Made by a program: the position numbers and the translations under genes. A model generated the notes under the pieces. That model ran no database searches, had not been told where the DNA came from, and saw only the letters and a list, made by a program, of their open reading frames with translations. This document shows, piece after piece, positions 23,169-36,022 of a DNA stretch of 64,000 nt. Source of the DNA: Podarcis tiliguerta (taxonomy: Eukaryota); NCBI GenBank assembly GCA_965153285.1, contig OZ229110.1. One strand, 5' to 3'. Within the stretch, counting starts at the first letter, position 1, and each line of letters opens with the position of its first letter.

Positions 23169-25762
23169 CTAGGGAGAGAGACGAGATCATTAAGCAGATC
23201 AATGGTCTGCACATGCTGCTAACACCAGACGCCGATCATAAGAGGACACAGAAAGCCTACAGCCATGTTTGTGAAACACACGGCGGCAGAAATTATTTTC
23301 AAGAGAGTAGATAATAATAATAATGCTTTCATTCCCATAGCTTCTCTTGCAGCACAAAACGCTTCTTTGAACAGAGTTCTTGACTCATAGTCCAAAAGGA
23401 ATGTTGCATGTTACATATGCACAGTGGTAGCCCACTAGCCCTTATAGAACAGGAAAAGATTATTTATTAATTCGTTAATTAAATGTGGATACTGCCCTAT
23501 ACCCGCAGGTCTCAGGGTGGTTCACAGGATAAAATCATGATATAAAAACACAGAATACATAATCAAAATGAAAACAACAACAACAACCCAATAACCCCCC
23601 CTACACACACACATTTTAAAAGGGCATTGAATGTCAGTCAACCAAAGGCCTGGTTAAAGAGGAACGTTTTTGCCGGGCACAAAACTAGATGGAGAGCTCA
23701 AGGGGAGAGGTGACAATTAGCGTGCTGTTTCCCAACTCCAAATTGCCTCTTCCCAAGTGTCTACACAAACATTCAGAGAATTGCATGGCTTTTCCCCTGC
23801 AGTGAAAAACGTGGCTGGGGGGGGGGGGCACTGCAACAGGGACACAGCAAGAGGGAAAATGCCACTCTCCCTTCTCTGCTCTTGTGTCTCTCCCCTAGGA
23901 GTGGCTTTTCCTGTTCCTTAAAAAGGATGTCAGGATATCAGTAGTTCTATATTTAATGCGCCATTTGAACTGAAGAAACCTTGTAAAATGCATTTTCATG
24001 GGCAAGGAGGGTCATGCACCTACTTCAGTTCTCTTCTTCCCTTCTAATTTCATATATCTTCTACACTTTTCTACCCGCCCATCAACTGCCAAGTTATAAC
24101 CGTGTACTTCTGCAACAGAGGACCGCACAACACTGTGACCAACAGCTTGCACAGCCCATATTGATTTAATGTACGGTATTTAGGCTCCTTTAAAAAATTC
24201 CACAGACAAGCACTGATACCTGAATTTGCTTGCCCTCCTCCTCATGCTTTTCCGCACAGTATTGCATCTATTAGATAATGAGCCTTTGGGCAGGTATTGC
24301 CTTATCCTTTAAAATCTCTGCATTGCATTTAAGCAAATTTTGGGTGCTTGATACAGTGACACATAATTGCTGTACAACAACTTTCAGAATTAAGCATGCA
24401 TAATAGAATTAGTTATGTATGCAAAATAGAATAGGGCATGCATAACTATGTGTGTGTCAAATCTGCTTGCTATACCAGTAGCGTTGTTCCAAGTATATTG
24501 GTTCTAGGGGTTTTAAGATTCTAGACAGAAAAAAACTCAGAAATGAATTTTATTTGAGTCATCTTCAACCAGCATACAAACAATCTTGGTTAACTGTCTG
24601 TAACCACACACAGGTGACAGACACTTTGAAAACTTCAACTGTCTACTGCGTGAACATTCATTTAATGAAAACTGTAATACCAGAAAGATTTATGCCCGTA
24701 TCTACTTGCTAGGAATCTGAGAGAGGCACATTCAGCAAACTCCTATCTGATTTGTGGGTAAACAAAACCGTAAATCCATCTTGTTAACAGTGTGCATCAT
24801 AGCCCTAAGACATTCTGCTATGCAATAATTACCAAAGTAACGGGAACTGCTGTTCAAATATTACTGAAGGAAGGAGTGTTCTACAGCTTTTGTAAACATA
24901 GTTGACATCTCACTCTGGCCCATAAGCCATAGTTATAATTTCTAATAACTGCTTTGCCCAAGCAGAAATTATTAGCATGAAGAACATGATGTTCGGCTCT
25001 AAAAATGAGTTGGGGAGCTACTGGCATAAGCTTGGAAATCAATCATTCCAATAGTTAGGACCCCAAGAGCCATAGCTAAGTGTAAATTTAATCTAGCAGC
25101 TGCTTCTCCTTTGCAAAGGGCCTTCAGGAGACAGAAGATTTGCAGTGGTTGGAGGCAGGAGGCTTGATCCTGCTAGCCCATTTGTCCAATTGTCGAATTC
25201 ACTTCTCTACAAATGCCCTGACCTATATTTACTCTGCAGACAGGTGCCTTATCCAAAGGAGAAAAGCAATTGGGAGGGCAGTTTCAGGCAAAAGGATTGA
25301 TTCCCCCACTAGTAGTGGGCCACAACAAAAGCCAGGCTATCATTACATGCAGCTACAGTTGTAAATGTTTACTTTGGACCCTAGACAGTTTGAAAAGCCA
25401 TTTCCACTTTGAGACAAAAGGAACTGATTTGCCTTACTAACTCTTAGCATTTCTAGGTTGTTGTTTATTAAGTCTACATTCCAGGCTGTGCACAGCCAAT
25501 AGCTTTATAGAGATTTAGAGGAAGATTGCAGAGCCGTCTTTCCTATACATATTTCTGTGGCCTCTGGTCAATCCTGTTTTACACTCCAAACTGCACCCTA
25601 GTAAAGCTGAGCTAAGTCCCATGACAACAAAGCAGGGCTGTTGCAAGAAATATGATTGTGGCCTATTAAATAATACTTTTAATGACCATTTCGCTCCCCT
25701 ACAAAAAAATAAAATATAAATCCCTGTATCATTTTGTAACTGTTTGAGGCCGAGCTGAACTA

Positions 25763-26012
25763 CAGTCGTACCTCGGAAGTCGAATGGAATCCATTTCAGA
25801 AGTCCGTTCAACTTCCAAAACTTTCAGAAACCAAGATGCGGCTCCCGATTGGCTGCAGGAAGCGCCTGCAGCCAATCGGGAGCTGCGAAACCCGTGTTGG
25901 ATGTTCGGGTTCCAAAGAACGTTCACAAACCGCAACACTCACTTCTGGGTTTGCGACATTCGGGAGCCAAACTGTTTGACTTCCAAGGCGTTTGACTTTC
26001 GAGGTACAACTG
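25763..26012 (+). mobile_element. Tc1/mariner MITE, family B copy 2
   Basis: TIR CAGTCGTACCTCGGAAGTC...GACTTTCGAGGTACAACTG with TA flanks. Confidence 0.88.
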
Positions 26013-27970
26013 TATTTGCATTCGCCATGAAAATTTCCCCTCCTTCCAGCACTTATTTAGATAAGCAAAGGTGCAAAAATTATCACAATGTGCCTTCCTC
26101 CTCAAGCCCCATTCAAAGAGAGGGCAACGCTTCTAGCTTTGACTCTGAGTTGACTTTGTGATGTCATTTGAACGAATCTGACTGGCTAGTAGCATGATGT
26201 CATTGCACTTGCAATGTAATCCTCAATTGGCTGGGATAATTTAAGCAGAAGAAATCAGAGCCCAAGGAACAGTAAAGAGATGGAACACTGGGACTATGAA
26301 CAGGATGGAAATAAAGTAACTTCAGGAGGTTTTCAGTACTGTACTTATTATTTATACTAGATCAGTGGTTCCCAATTGGTAGTCTGTGGACCCCAGGGAG
26401 TCCGAAAAACGGAATCCGCATTACTGAGCCATTTGGGAACTACCATACTAGATGATAAACTGCAAGTACCTGAAAGTAACCAATAGAGAGAATTATTAAC
26501 CTGGAACAGCCAATGAAACTTGTTTCATGTGATCATGGTATAAAGGCCATTCTTAGACACCACCTTACCATATACTGGATGCTCAAAACACCAAAAAGAA
26601 TCTTCAAAGCAGTGATTGCCAAAGAGTGAAGTCAAGAATTAAGGAGTCGGGGAAACCAGTGGCTAGTTGTTATAGGGCATGAAGTTAAAGACTGACAAAA
26701 TGTCTATTGAGGTTTCATACTTTACTTAACTTTTTTTTAAAAAGTAGTTCTTAACCCGCTGCTGATTTTGAATAGCTTGGAAGTGGCCAATTTCCTTGTA
26801 TACTGAATTAGATAACCAGAAAAATCCGCAATCAAATATTTATAGAACAGCATAAGGAGTCAATTGTTTAGTTGCACAAGAAAGCCAGCAAGGACAGAAG
26901 GCTACCAATACTGATTGCATCACTTGCGAAGGTTAACAAATTGCCACGTCTCAAGCTTTAGAATTACTCAAAAAATGCATGTGGCATTAACAGGGGAAAA
27001 TACGTCTATACCAGCAGTGGCATTTTCTCCCTACATACTACATGACTACTTTTTATGGAAACCACATTGCTGTCCCCTGCCTTCCTAGTCAAGTGAGGTT
27101 TCCTGACACTGCATTTTCTGAAGAGCAGCAAAAACACTTAAAGATATCCACTCTGAGAAGACAACAGCAATGAGGAAAACAAGTCCTGTAACAGTATTAA
27201 GTAGAGAAAAACAGGATTATCTTCAACACCAAAGAATGGCTATACTAGAGAAATTGCAGTTCACTCTAAGGGAGAGGCATGGATGGAAACTGAAGTAAGC
27301 AATTTGCACCAGTGTTCCAGTGCATAGGTGTTATTGAATAACTGCCTGCAATTCTGATTGCTTTAATATAATTGAACCAGAGAGAGGAAGGTCAAGAAAA
27401 CAGAACAAATCCATGTTTTTATCATGCACAAAAAACACAACCACTTTAGGGCAGTCTACTTATGAGATTAGTTGCTAAGAGATCTGCATAACTGCTTCAT
27501 AATGCTATTTAGAAAAAGAAACAGGAATATCACAGAAGGTTATGGCAACAGCTAAGCAGCAAAGGAAGGAAATTCTTACCAATTTTGGTTCCTGGTATAT
27601 AAGAACTACACAACATTAAGGTGAATGCTGCTGCTCATATCCCTAAAATACTGAAAAAAGATCTTGATTTGTATAATTATCAAGAAACAATAGATTTCAA
27701 TAGCCTTAACAATAGATTTTAGGGCTGTTCAGCAATGCCGAATAATGTCCTGTGGTGTGGGGCAGTGGGGGGGGAGAGAGAGACATGTACACAGACAGAC
27801 AGACAAGGGAGAAGACTTATGTCTGAACTGCTAGTACAGGGGTTTGCCAATTTTGCACCTGCAGATTCGCATTGCCCATAGCGTTCCCTGCCCCTGCTGA
27901 AATTAGGATTTAAATAAGCATTTTATTGTAGCCAATAGAACAGTTTGCGGAGTGTATGGTGCCTAACATA

Positions 27971-28229
27971 CCGTATTTTTCGCTCTATAAGACGCACCAG
28001 ACCACAAGACGCACCTAGTTTTTGGAGGAGGAAAACAAGAAAAAAAAAATTCTGAATCTCAGAAGCCAGAACAGCAAGAAGGATCGCTAAGCAGTGAAAG
28101 CAGCAATCCCTCTTGCTGTTCTGGCTTCTGGGATAGCTGCGCAGCCTGCATTCACTCCATAAGACGCACACACATTTCCCCTTACTTTTTAGGAGGGAAA
28201 AAGTGAGTCTTATAGAGCAGAAAATATGG
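27971..28229. mobile_element. Tc1/mariner-pogo MITE, family C
   Basis: TIR CCGTATTTTTCGCTCTATAAGAC...GTCTTATAGAGCAGAAAATATGG, TA flanks, internal long hairpin. Confidence 0.85.
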
Positions 28230-31200
28230 TACTTTCTAGGGAGCATGATTTTATAAAATTTCTATGCCATCCCTATTGGGGGAGAATGGTTTATCTTGTC
28301 TGCCCACCTGTTTGTTCTCTGCACGTTTGGATGCCTCTTGAATATAATGTTGCTAAACATGGCATGAGCGTTCTGAGGTGGGGCTGACGCACTTCATCCA
28401 TGCTTAGATGCCGGGCCACATTTGAATCAAGATGACAGGCCAAAATGTTACTTTGCCATGATTTCTCCCACTTTTTGGTCATAGGTTTGGCCCCCTCTCA
28501 GTATATTGTTGCCAAACCTGGCACAACAGCTCCCCATGAACCCTCAAAATCTCTTTCATAGGATCCCTCCATAGAATCCCAGATTTTGGGCTATGCAGCA
28601 GGAGCAGGAGGAGGAGGTAAAACCCTGTTTGATCTCACCCTAAGGCAGCATTTGAAATTCGCCAGGCGCCAGGCACATTTTGCACCTGGTTACCAGCCAG
28701 GTGCATGCCTGAGGATCCTTGGGTCTTGCTTGTTTTCACACACTAATAAGGCATCCTTTAGAATTCTATCCGTGATCAGAATGAATGTCAGGAACCAAAA
28801 AGTCAAAACAAAAAATACGACTTCCGAGCTGTCTGGCTTCAAATGGCAACTAGACATTCTGTTTTGGCGACTGTAACCCTGGTTTAAGGAGCCATTTGGC
28901 ACCTAGCTTATATATCCGAGTTTCTAACACTGCCCTAAGGCTACATCCTATACCCACTTATCTGTAAGTAAGTCTCTTTGAATTCAATAGTACTTACTTC
29001 TGAGTAGACATGGTTATGATTACACTGGCAGAGTAATATCCAACATTAAGCATACTCAGAAATCAGAAATCAATGAACTTACATAACTTAAGTTAGTTAT
29101 CACCCCCAGGCTGTAATTCTGTGTGTGTGCAAAGGAGTTAGCAATATTGTATGTGAATGAAAAACTTTGTGGGCTTCCTTTCTCAGATAAAATACAGATG
29201 GTGATCATTTTGTGCACCTTCAGCTGATGTGCGACCACCAATGCTGAGGTCCTTCTGGACTCAGAACAGGGAGGAATGGGGTGGAACATGGGCAGGGCAG
29301 AATGTGGTGGGATTGTGCTCACACACACACAGGGGCCAGGAATGGAACCCCCTGCACAAAATGGTTGCTGCCTGTATGTCAAAAGGTTAAGCATTGGATA
29401 TGGCATGTCCTCAGTTTCTCCTTTCCATTTTCAACTAACCACAGCTTCACATGAAAAACTGTGGTTAGTTTCATAGCCAAAACCAGCAGTTTATTTCTTC
29501 TATCTCAGCCAATCCCAGTTTGTCACCAACTATGCAGTCCAAGAGGAAGTTGTAGCCAATCCTTAACAAACATGTAGCATGCTTTTTTAAAACACTGGTT
29601 TGTTGCAACTGTGCTTTCCATGGGGGGGGGCAGTGAAGCAGCCCTCCTACTCTAGTACTTGTTTCATTTCTTCTAGCAACCCAACAAAACAATTTCTCTG
29701 ACAGCTTCTCAGTCATAAGAGTTCAGCACCTTCCAGATTTAAACTTCACCCTATGGTCCAAAACTCTTTGGTGTAAATAAATATATTATATTTCTTAGCT
29801 TAACACCTACAAGCAAATTCTGCTCGTATGGTATGTACTCTCAAATAAATACATTTAGGACTTTATGTCAATCATATTGCTTTTTAATCCGTGATAGCCA
29901 CAGGCAGCAACAACATACCCCATTCTTTAACTGTAGTACACCACCATATCCTGGAACCATGCTTTCCCTTACTCCAAAACACAAACAGAGAAGCTTACTT
30001 AAAAGAATGCCTGGAGGGATATCGTAACTAAACGGGCAGCAGTACTGGAATACCACAGAGTGCTTTGCTACAAGAGAAGTGTGGTATCTCAAATATCCTC
30101 TAAAAGCCTTTAAAGCCATTGGTATGAGAATCGCTGTTGATGGAAAAGCTCTCAATACCCCTCTGCAGATAGTACTACTAATAACCACAAGCCTGGAATG
30201 CTTCACTAAACCAAAGCACACTGGAACTCAAAATATCAAATGCACACAATCAATGAAGATAGGTTTAATGACATATTCGTACCCTCTAATCTTGTCAGCA
30301 CACTTGGTGTTTTTGGCTTTTTAAACAGTTAACAGACTTGTTTACAAGAAATAAAAGAGCTAGTTGGGGAGGGAGTAACATGTAGATATGAAGATGTAAA
30401 AAATATATATGATCAAATGCTATGGAAACCTCATTCAAGCCTTACTCTTTTTTGAGCAGAAAACTGCCTCCTTCTACATAGAGATTCGTAAGTTATATCT
30501 TATAATCTTCAGTAGTAACTACTGTACTTCTTGGTTGGTGGCAAGTGTGTAGGACCTCGTGAGTGCACATGTGAAAAGACCAACATAGCTTTAGTAAAGC
30601 TTGTTAAGTTGCTTCCAAATGACCAGTTTATTGGACATTAATCCAGATTTATTTGCACATATTTGCAGGAAGGTTAGATAACAATAAATATTTAGTTGTT
30701 CATTCATTCCAATTTGTTAAGGTTATATTAATTTATCCCATTCATTCCAGTGTCGTCACCCCAATCACTTTCCTTATCACAAAAAGTCTGATAACATTAT
30801 TTTTATAGCTTGCAGCTGCCCACTACAAATTATTCATTTCAGTAAAACTTATTTCCAAGTATGTACATATAATTAGAGCCTGTCTGATCCAAACATGCTT
30901 ATTCAAAAGGAAGTTCAACTTTTACTTCCAAGTTAATTGTATAAGCTTGCAACCTAAGTCTGCTAAACAAAACACGTGGACTGGGAAGTAAATCCCACTG
31001 GAAAAAGTGGGACTTACTTCTTCATATACATGCTTAAGGTTCTTCTTTAAAAGTTTTTCCTTCTTATTTTATTATTTATTAAGAATTTTATATAGCTTCT
31101 CTTTCAATAATCCCATGGCTCCCTGTACTGCATTCTGAAAGAACTGTACTAAAGACTGAAAGTACTACACCACAAATGTTCACAGTAGCTAACGACCACC

Positions 31201-31497
31201 TTGCAATTTATAACAGCAAATGCTACATTAACATAGAGGATTTTTTTTTAATTTAAAAAAGGTTATTTTCAGGACTTACAGTTGCATATAACAACACACT
31301 CTTAACCATAGGGCTGACAAGCTGTGCAACTGACCAGTCTAATATTGTCAAATATTCCAAAAATGCCACTGTGTAGATGGCAGCTTACATGTAAAAATGT
31401 CATTATGGTGAAATTAATCGTTATGGCAGCAATCATGGGCAAGCCTAGAAGCATCACACAACTTCTCATATTAGCTCCCTGATATAAATACAGGTAC

Positions 31498-31553
31498 ATA
31501 GTCGCCTTTGACCAGACTTAACCGTCCAGGGGTCCTTTATCTTTTACCTTTTT
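31498..31553 (+). mobile_element. Sauria SINE 3'-tip fragment
   Basis: agtcgcctttgaccagacttaaccgtccaggggtccttta matches the 3' end of 32792-33172. Confidence 0.7.
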
Positions 31554-31648
31554 ACACAAATTCTTATGTGCATCCTACTTGTGCACAACTGCATTTATGC
31601 AGGTCGCTGCAAAATGAATGAATGAATGAACAGGCCTTTCCTTACTTG

Positions 31649-31890
31649 GAGAAGAAGAAGAGTTTGGATTTGATATCCCGCTTTATCACTACCCAAAGGA
31701 GTCTCAAAGCGGCTAACAATCTCCTTTCCCTTCCTCCCCCACAACAAACACTCTGTGAGGTGAGTGGGGCTGAGAGACTTCAGAGAAGTGTGACTAGCCC
31801 AAGGTCACCCAGCAGCTGCATGTGGAGGAGCAGGGACACGAACCCGGTTCACCAGATTACGAGTCCACCGCTCTTAACCACACAGGCTCT
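31649..31890 (-). mobile_element. tRNA-derived squamate SINE (Squam3-like)
   Basis: Reverse complement of 1858-2106, including the (GAA)n tail on +. Confidence 0.85.
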
Positions 31891-32791
31891 ACTGGAGTAG
31901 CTCCCACACTGGAGCTACTGCCCTGAAGTTGCTCAGGAGAGGGAAGGCGGCCTTTGATCAACCAGCAGTGCGGGGCAGGAGGCTCCTTCTCCCCATCTCT
32001 GCTGCGCATCCACACCCCCATCCTGGCACCAGTTTTGCTGGATGCCCTTCTCGGCGTTCTCCCTTTCAGCCAACGCCACATGCAGCAGCTCCCCATAGGC
32101 AGGCTCGGGACAGGTTGAACAGTGGCCCCAGGCGATTTCCAGGATGAGTCTCTCTCTCTCTCTCTCTCTCTCTCCCCCCCCCCCTCCCTATTATACTGGG
32201 AAGCTCCACACTTTAAGTGATTTCACTTATGCATGTGGGGGCCTGGAACGTAAACCCCATGTTAAGTGGGAGGACGCCTGTATAGGCATATTCAAACAGG
32301 AACACAGCTATAGGTGGCAATGGCCACAGCATAGTGAACAAAGGATGAGGCTGGAACCAGGGGGCCATAGGCTTAAATCCTCACTCAGCCATGAAGCACA
32401 TCAGACAGTGGTTAGACTAGTCACCTACCCAGCCTTAGTCTAAGCTACCTCACAGGGTTGTTGTCAGAATAAAAAGGCTCCATAAGGTATCATGAGCTTC
32501 TTGCAGGAGGGGTGGAATAAACATGAATTAATAATTACTGTTTTACAACAACAGCTCTCTCTCTCTCTTTTGTAAGAAGCTTATATATGAAACCTGTTGA
32601 TAGTTACCATCTTTGTTGATCCCATACAAAGGTTTTTAAAAATGCATGACCAATATTGGACCAAATCTTTTTAGACTGATCAAATTCCCAATTCCAGTAC
32701 CCTGCTTACAGAAAGAAAGACGATTTTACGTCATAGCTCAATGCATCAGAATCCCATCAAGGGGTGTTCAGTATTGTATTCTGTTTCCACT

Positions 32792-33172
32792 GGGACACAG
32801 ATGGCACTGTGGTCTTAATCACTGAGCCTCTTGGGCTTGCCGATCGGAAGGTCAGTGGTTCGAATCCGCACGACAGTGGTGAGCTCCTGTTGCTTTGTCC
32901 CAGCTTCTGCCAACCTAGCAGTTCAAAAGCACACCAGTGCAAGTGGATAAATAGGTACCGCTGTAGAGGGAACGTAAACAGCGTTTCCGTGCACTTTAGC
33001 ACTCATCACGGTCCTCTGTATGCCAGAAGCGGTTTAGTCATGCTGGCCACACGACCCGGAAAGCTGTCTGTGGACAAACGCCGGCTCCCTCGGCCTGAAA
33101 CAAGATGAGCGCTCCACCCCACAGTCGCCTTTGACTAAACTTAACCATCCAGGGGTCTTTTACCTTAACCTT
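32792..33172 (+). mobile_element. Sauria SINE, full length, older subfamily
   Basis: GGGACACAGATGGCACTGTGG head, B box GGTTCGAATCC, Sauria body and acctt tail. Confidence 0.9.
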
Positions 33173-34389
33173 ATGTTTCCACTTTTTATTAGTTAAAGCA
33201 AACATTACCCAACACATGAAAGAGGAACAGGTTTATCATTGTTTCCTCATGTTAAGTGAACAACTCATAACTTTCTTTTTATAGGCCCTGGCAGTACAAC
33301 CTGATAGAAGTTTTTGGTTGTTGTTTTTAGGTATTGCTTTCCCCCTACAACTCTTCAATGAATGTATTCCTATTCTAGGGCTCATAAATGTCTGCGTCTA
33401 TATAATTTTATTGTTCCTCAGTATGAACATTGTCAGATTGTCAATATTAGTTATACTATATCAATATTAGTGATACTATGAGAACAATTTCTCAAACAGG
33501 GAAACCATTTAGAGGGCCAGTCAAAATGAGCAGATCCAGCCACAATTTCTCTGTGTGGGGAGTACTGAAATTATGGAAATTGAAGCTAAGGCATGAGCAA
33601 ACCTTGGCTTCTATGGAGCTGAACAAATAATGAGCCCAGGTTAACACATGACGCTAAAACAAACCATGGTTTAGCTCCTGGTATTGCAGCAGTACCAAAA
33701 CCAGGGGAGGAGTGAAGTGGCTGTGATTTCCTCCCAGCACACTCACTCATCGATGCTATTGTTACTTGCCAAGCAAGCCACAGATTCTCAGGCCTCCCTG
33801 GAAGTCCTTTTTGCTAATGCCAAATTATGGAGACACTAATTCTGGTTAAGTGGCAGGAAACTCTACCTGGTGTTCAGATGAGATGCAAGCTTAAAAAGCT
33901 TTTACCAGAAGTCCATAGACCTCTATTAGATAAAATCACACAGGTGCACGCTGTTTCAGCACCATCATCAAAGACCTGAAGGCATAAATACTTATACGCA
34001 ACTCCTTGCATGTATGAATCAAATAAAACGGAAGCATTAGAGCATCTGACCAATAAAACAAACAAACCAGAACCATCAGTTCACACCCTAACGCTGCTCT
34101 TCTAGGCTTAAATTTGAGGCTGGCCTAACACCACAGCATTAACCGCAGGAAATTCCCTGCCAGTTTTCAAGCCAAGACTTTATGCCAGGGGACGATATTA
34201 AAGGAGAGAGAGAGAGATACCGTATAGCATGCACAGACTACCGACATCAGACTCTGCAGCATCAACATGCAAAAACACAAGGCACCTCAGGTGGCAGGGT
34301 ACCACCCACAGCCTGGGGGAAGGGGTCACAGAAGTGCCACCCCCCACCCCACTCAATTGAGCACCCAGAGCTTCCTCTGTGGGGAAGGG

Positions 34390-35060
34390 CAGGACGCCGA
34401 CGCCGTCCCCTCCGACCTGGGAGCCTCTGCCCTCAGGGGCGCTCATGTGGCCCGGCGGCGGCGGAGGGCCGCATTCTGCACATGCCCAGAGGCGCCCCTC
34501 TTGTTGTTGTGCAACCGATAAGGCGGGCTGCCCGCTGCCACGCGAGGGCACCCATCCCCTGACGCACCGCGGCTGCCTACTTGGGGGGAAGCTCTGCCTC
34601 CACCGCCCCTGCGCCTTCCACCCTCGCCGGAGGAGGAGCAGGTGGGTCAGGGAGGGGGTCCGGCCCCGCGGCTTCCCTTCCCCCCGCCCCCCCCCTCGCA
34701 GGGCCGCACCGTTCGCGATGAGCTTGGCCGAGAGCTGCTTGACGAGCTCGGGGATCCTCTCCCACTGGCACTCGGAGCGGCACCTCTCGATCTCGGTCTC
34801 CAGCCGCGAACCCCCTTTCTTGGTGGCCATGGCGGCAAGGGGAGGCTGGGCGGCCTCCGGGCGCCGCGGGGGCCGGCCAGGGGTGGGGGCAGGGGGCGCG
34901 GCGGCGGCGGCGGCGGCAGCAGCAGTAGCAGCGGGCGCCTTTTCGGCGGCGGAACGAGCCCGGCTGCGGCCCCGGAACGGGAACCGGAGGGGGAGCCGAG
35001 CGCCGCTCGCTGCAGCGCCACCTGCCGGGCGCTCGGAGGAACGAGGCGGGGGCGGCGCGG
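34390..35060 (-). promoter_or_regulatory. TTC7B CpG island: 5'UTR/proximal promoter and start of intron 1
   Basis: Very GC- and CpG-rich against an AT-rich, CpG-depleted background. GC boxes (ggcgggggcgg), ETS-like CCGGAA, (GCG)n(GCA)n tract at ~34898-34933. No upstream ATG on the minus strand between 34831 and 35060. Confidence 0.9.
34710..34830 (-). CDS. TTC7B: TTC7B coding exon 1 (tetratricopeptide repeat protein 7B, PI4KA complex scaffold)
   Basis: Encodes MATKKGGSRLETEIERCRSECQWERIPELVKQLSAKLIAN, the recognisable TTC7B N-terminus. Perfect Kozak GCCGCCATGG; donor G|GTGCGG; 121 nt, ends phase 1. Confidence 0.97.
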
Positions 35061-35260
35061 NNNNNNNNNNNNNNNNNNNNNNNNNNNNNNNNNNNNNNNN
35101 NNNNNNNNNNNNNNNNNNNNNNNNNNNNNNNNNNNNNNNNNNNNNNNNNNNNNNNNNNNNNNNNNNNNNNNNNNNNNNNNNNNNNNNNNNNNNNNNNNNN
35201 NNNNNNNNNNNNNNNNNNNNNNNNNNNNNNNNNNNNNNNNNNNNNNNNNNNNNNNNNNNN
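35061..35260. other. Assembly gap (200 N)
   Basis: Run of N at the GC-rich edge of the TTC7B CpG island; true size unknown. Confidence 1.
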
Positions 35261-35505
35261 CCAGAGCTGCTTGCTGTGCTCGGCTCCTTCTTTCCTCAGG
35301 GCTGGGGGAGGCAACTAATATTGACCATCTGACGGTGTTCATATTGAGAAGCAATAAAATTATATAGACACAGATATTTATAACCCCTAGAATAGGAATA
35401 TATGCCTTGAAGAGTTGTAGGGGGAAAGCAATACCTACAAACAAACAACTAATAATAATAATAATAATAATAACAATAACAACTGGATGCCTCGGTTCAG
35501 TACAG

Positions 35506-36022
35506 ATAGAATCATAGAATCATAGAGTTGGAAGAGACCGCAAGGGCCATTCAGTCCAACCCCCTGCCAAGCAGGAAACACCATCAGAGCACTCCTGACA
35601 TATGGTTGTCAAGCCTCTGCTTAAAGACCTCCAAAGAAGGAGACTCCACCACACTCCTTGGCAGCAAATTCCACTGTCGAACAGCTCTTACTGTCAGGAA
35701 GTTCTTCCTAATGTTTAGGTGGAATCTTCTTTCTTGTCGTTTGGATCCATTGCTCCGTGTCCGCTTCTCTGGAGCAGCAGAAAACAACCTTTCTCCCTCC
35801 TCTATGTGACATCCTTTTATATATTTGAACATGGCTATCATATCACCCCTTAACCTCCTCTTCTCCAGGCTAAACATGCCCAGCTCCCTTAGCCGTTCCT
35901 CATAAGGCATCGTTTCCAGGCCTTTGACCATTTTGGTTGCCCTCCTCTGGACACGTTCCAGTTTGTCAGTGTCCTTCTTGAACTGTGGTGCCCAGAACTG
36001 GACACAGTACTCCAGGTGAGGT
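35506..36022 (-). mobile_element. CR1 LINE 3' end (young, 5'-truncated)
   Basis: ORF2 C-terminus [32 protein letters not shown]...FKQRLDNH, plus (ATTCTATG)n CR1 tail. Confidence 0.93.

Noticed and set aside
34198-34709. Continuation of the 210-aa TTC7B ORF beyond ...KLIAN
   Set aside because: Read-through into intron 1; similarity to TTC7B resumes only in exon 2 at 23168.
34379-35444. Long ORFs (241-317 aa) on both strands over the CpG island
   Set aside because: They cross the N gap and reflect stop-codon scarcity in GC-rich DNA; only the 121-nt TTC7B exon 1 is supported.
35584-35931. 115-aa ORF as a host gene
   Set aside because: It is the C-terminus of CR1 ORF2 in a 5'-truncated copy.
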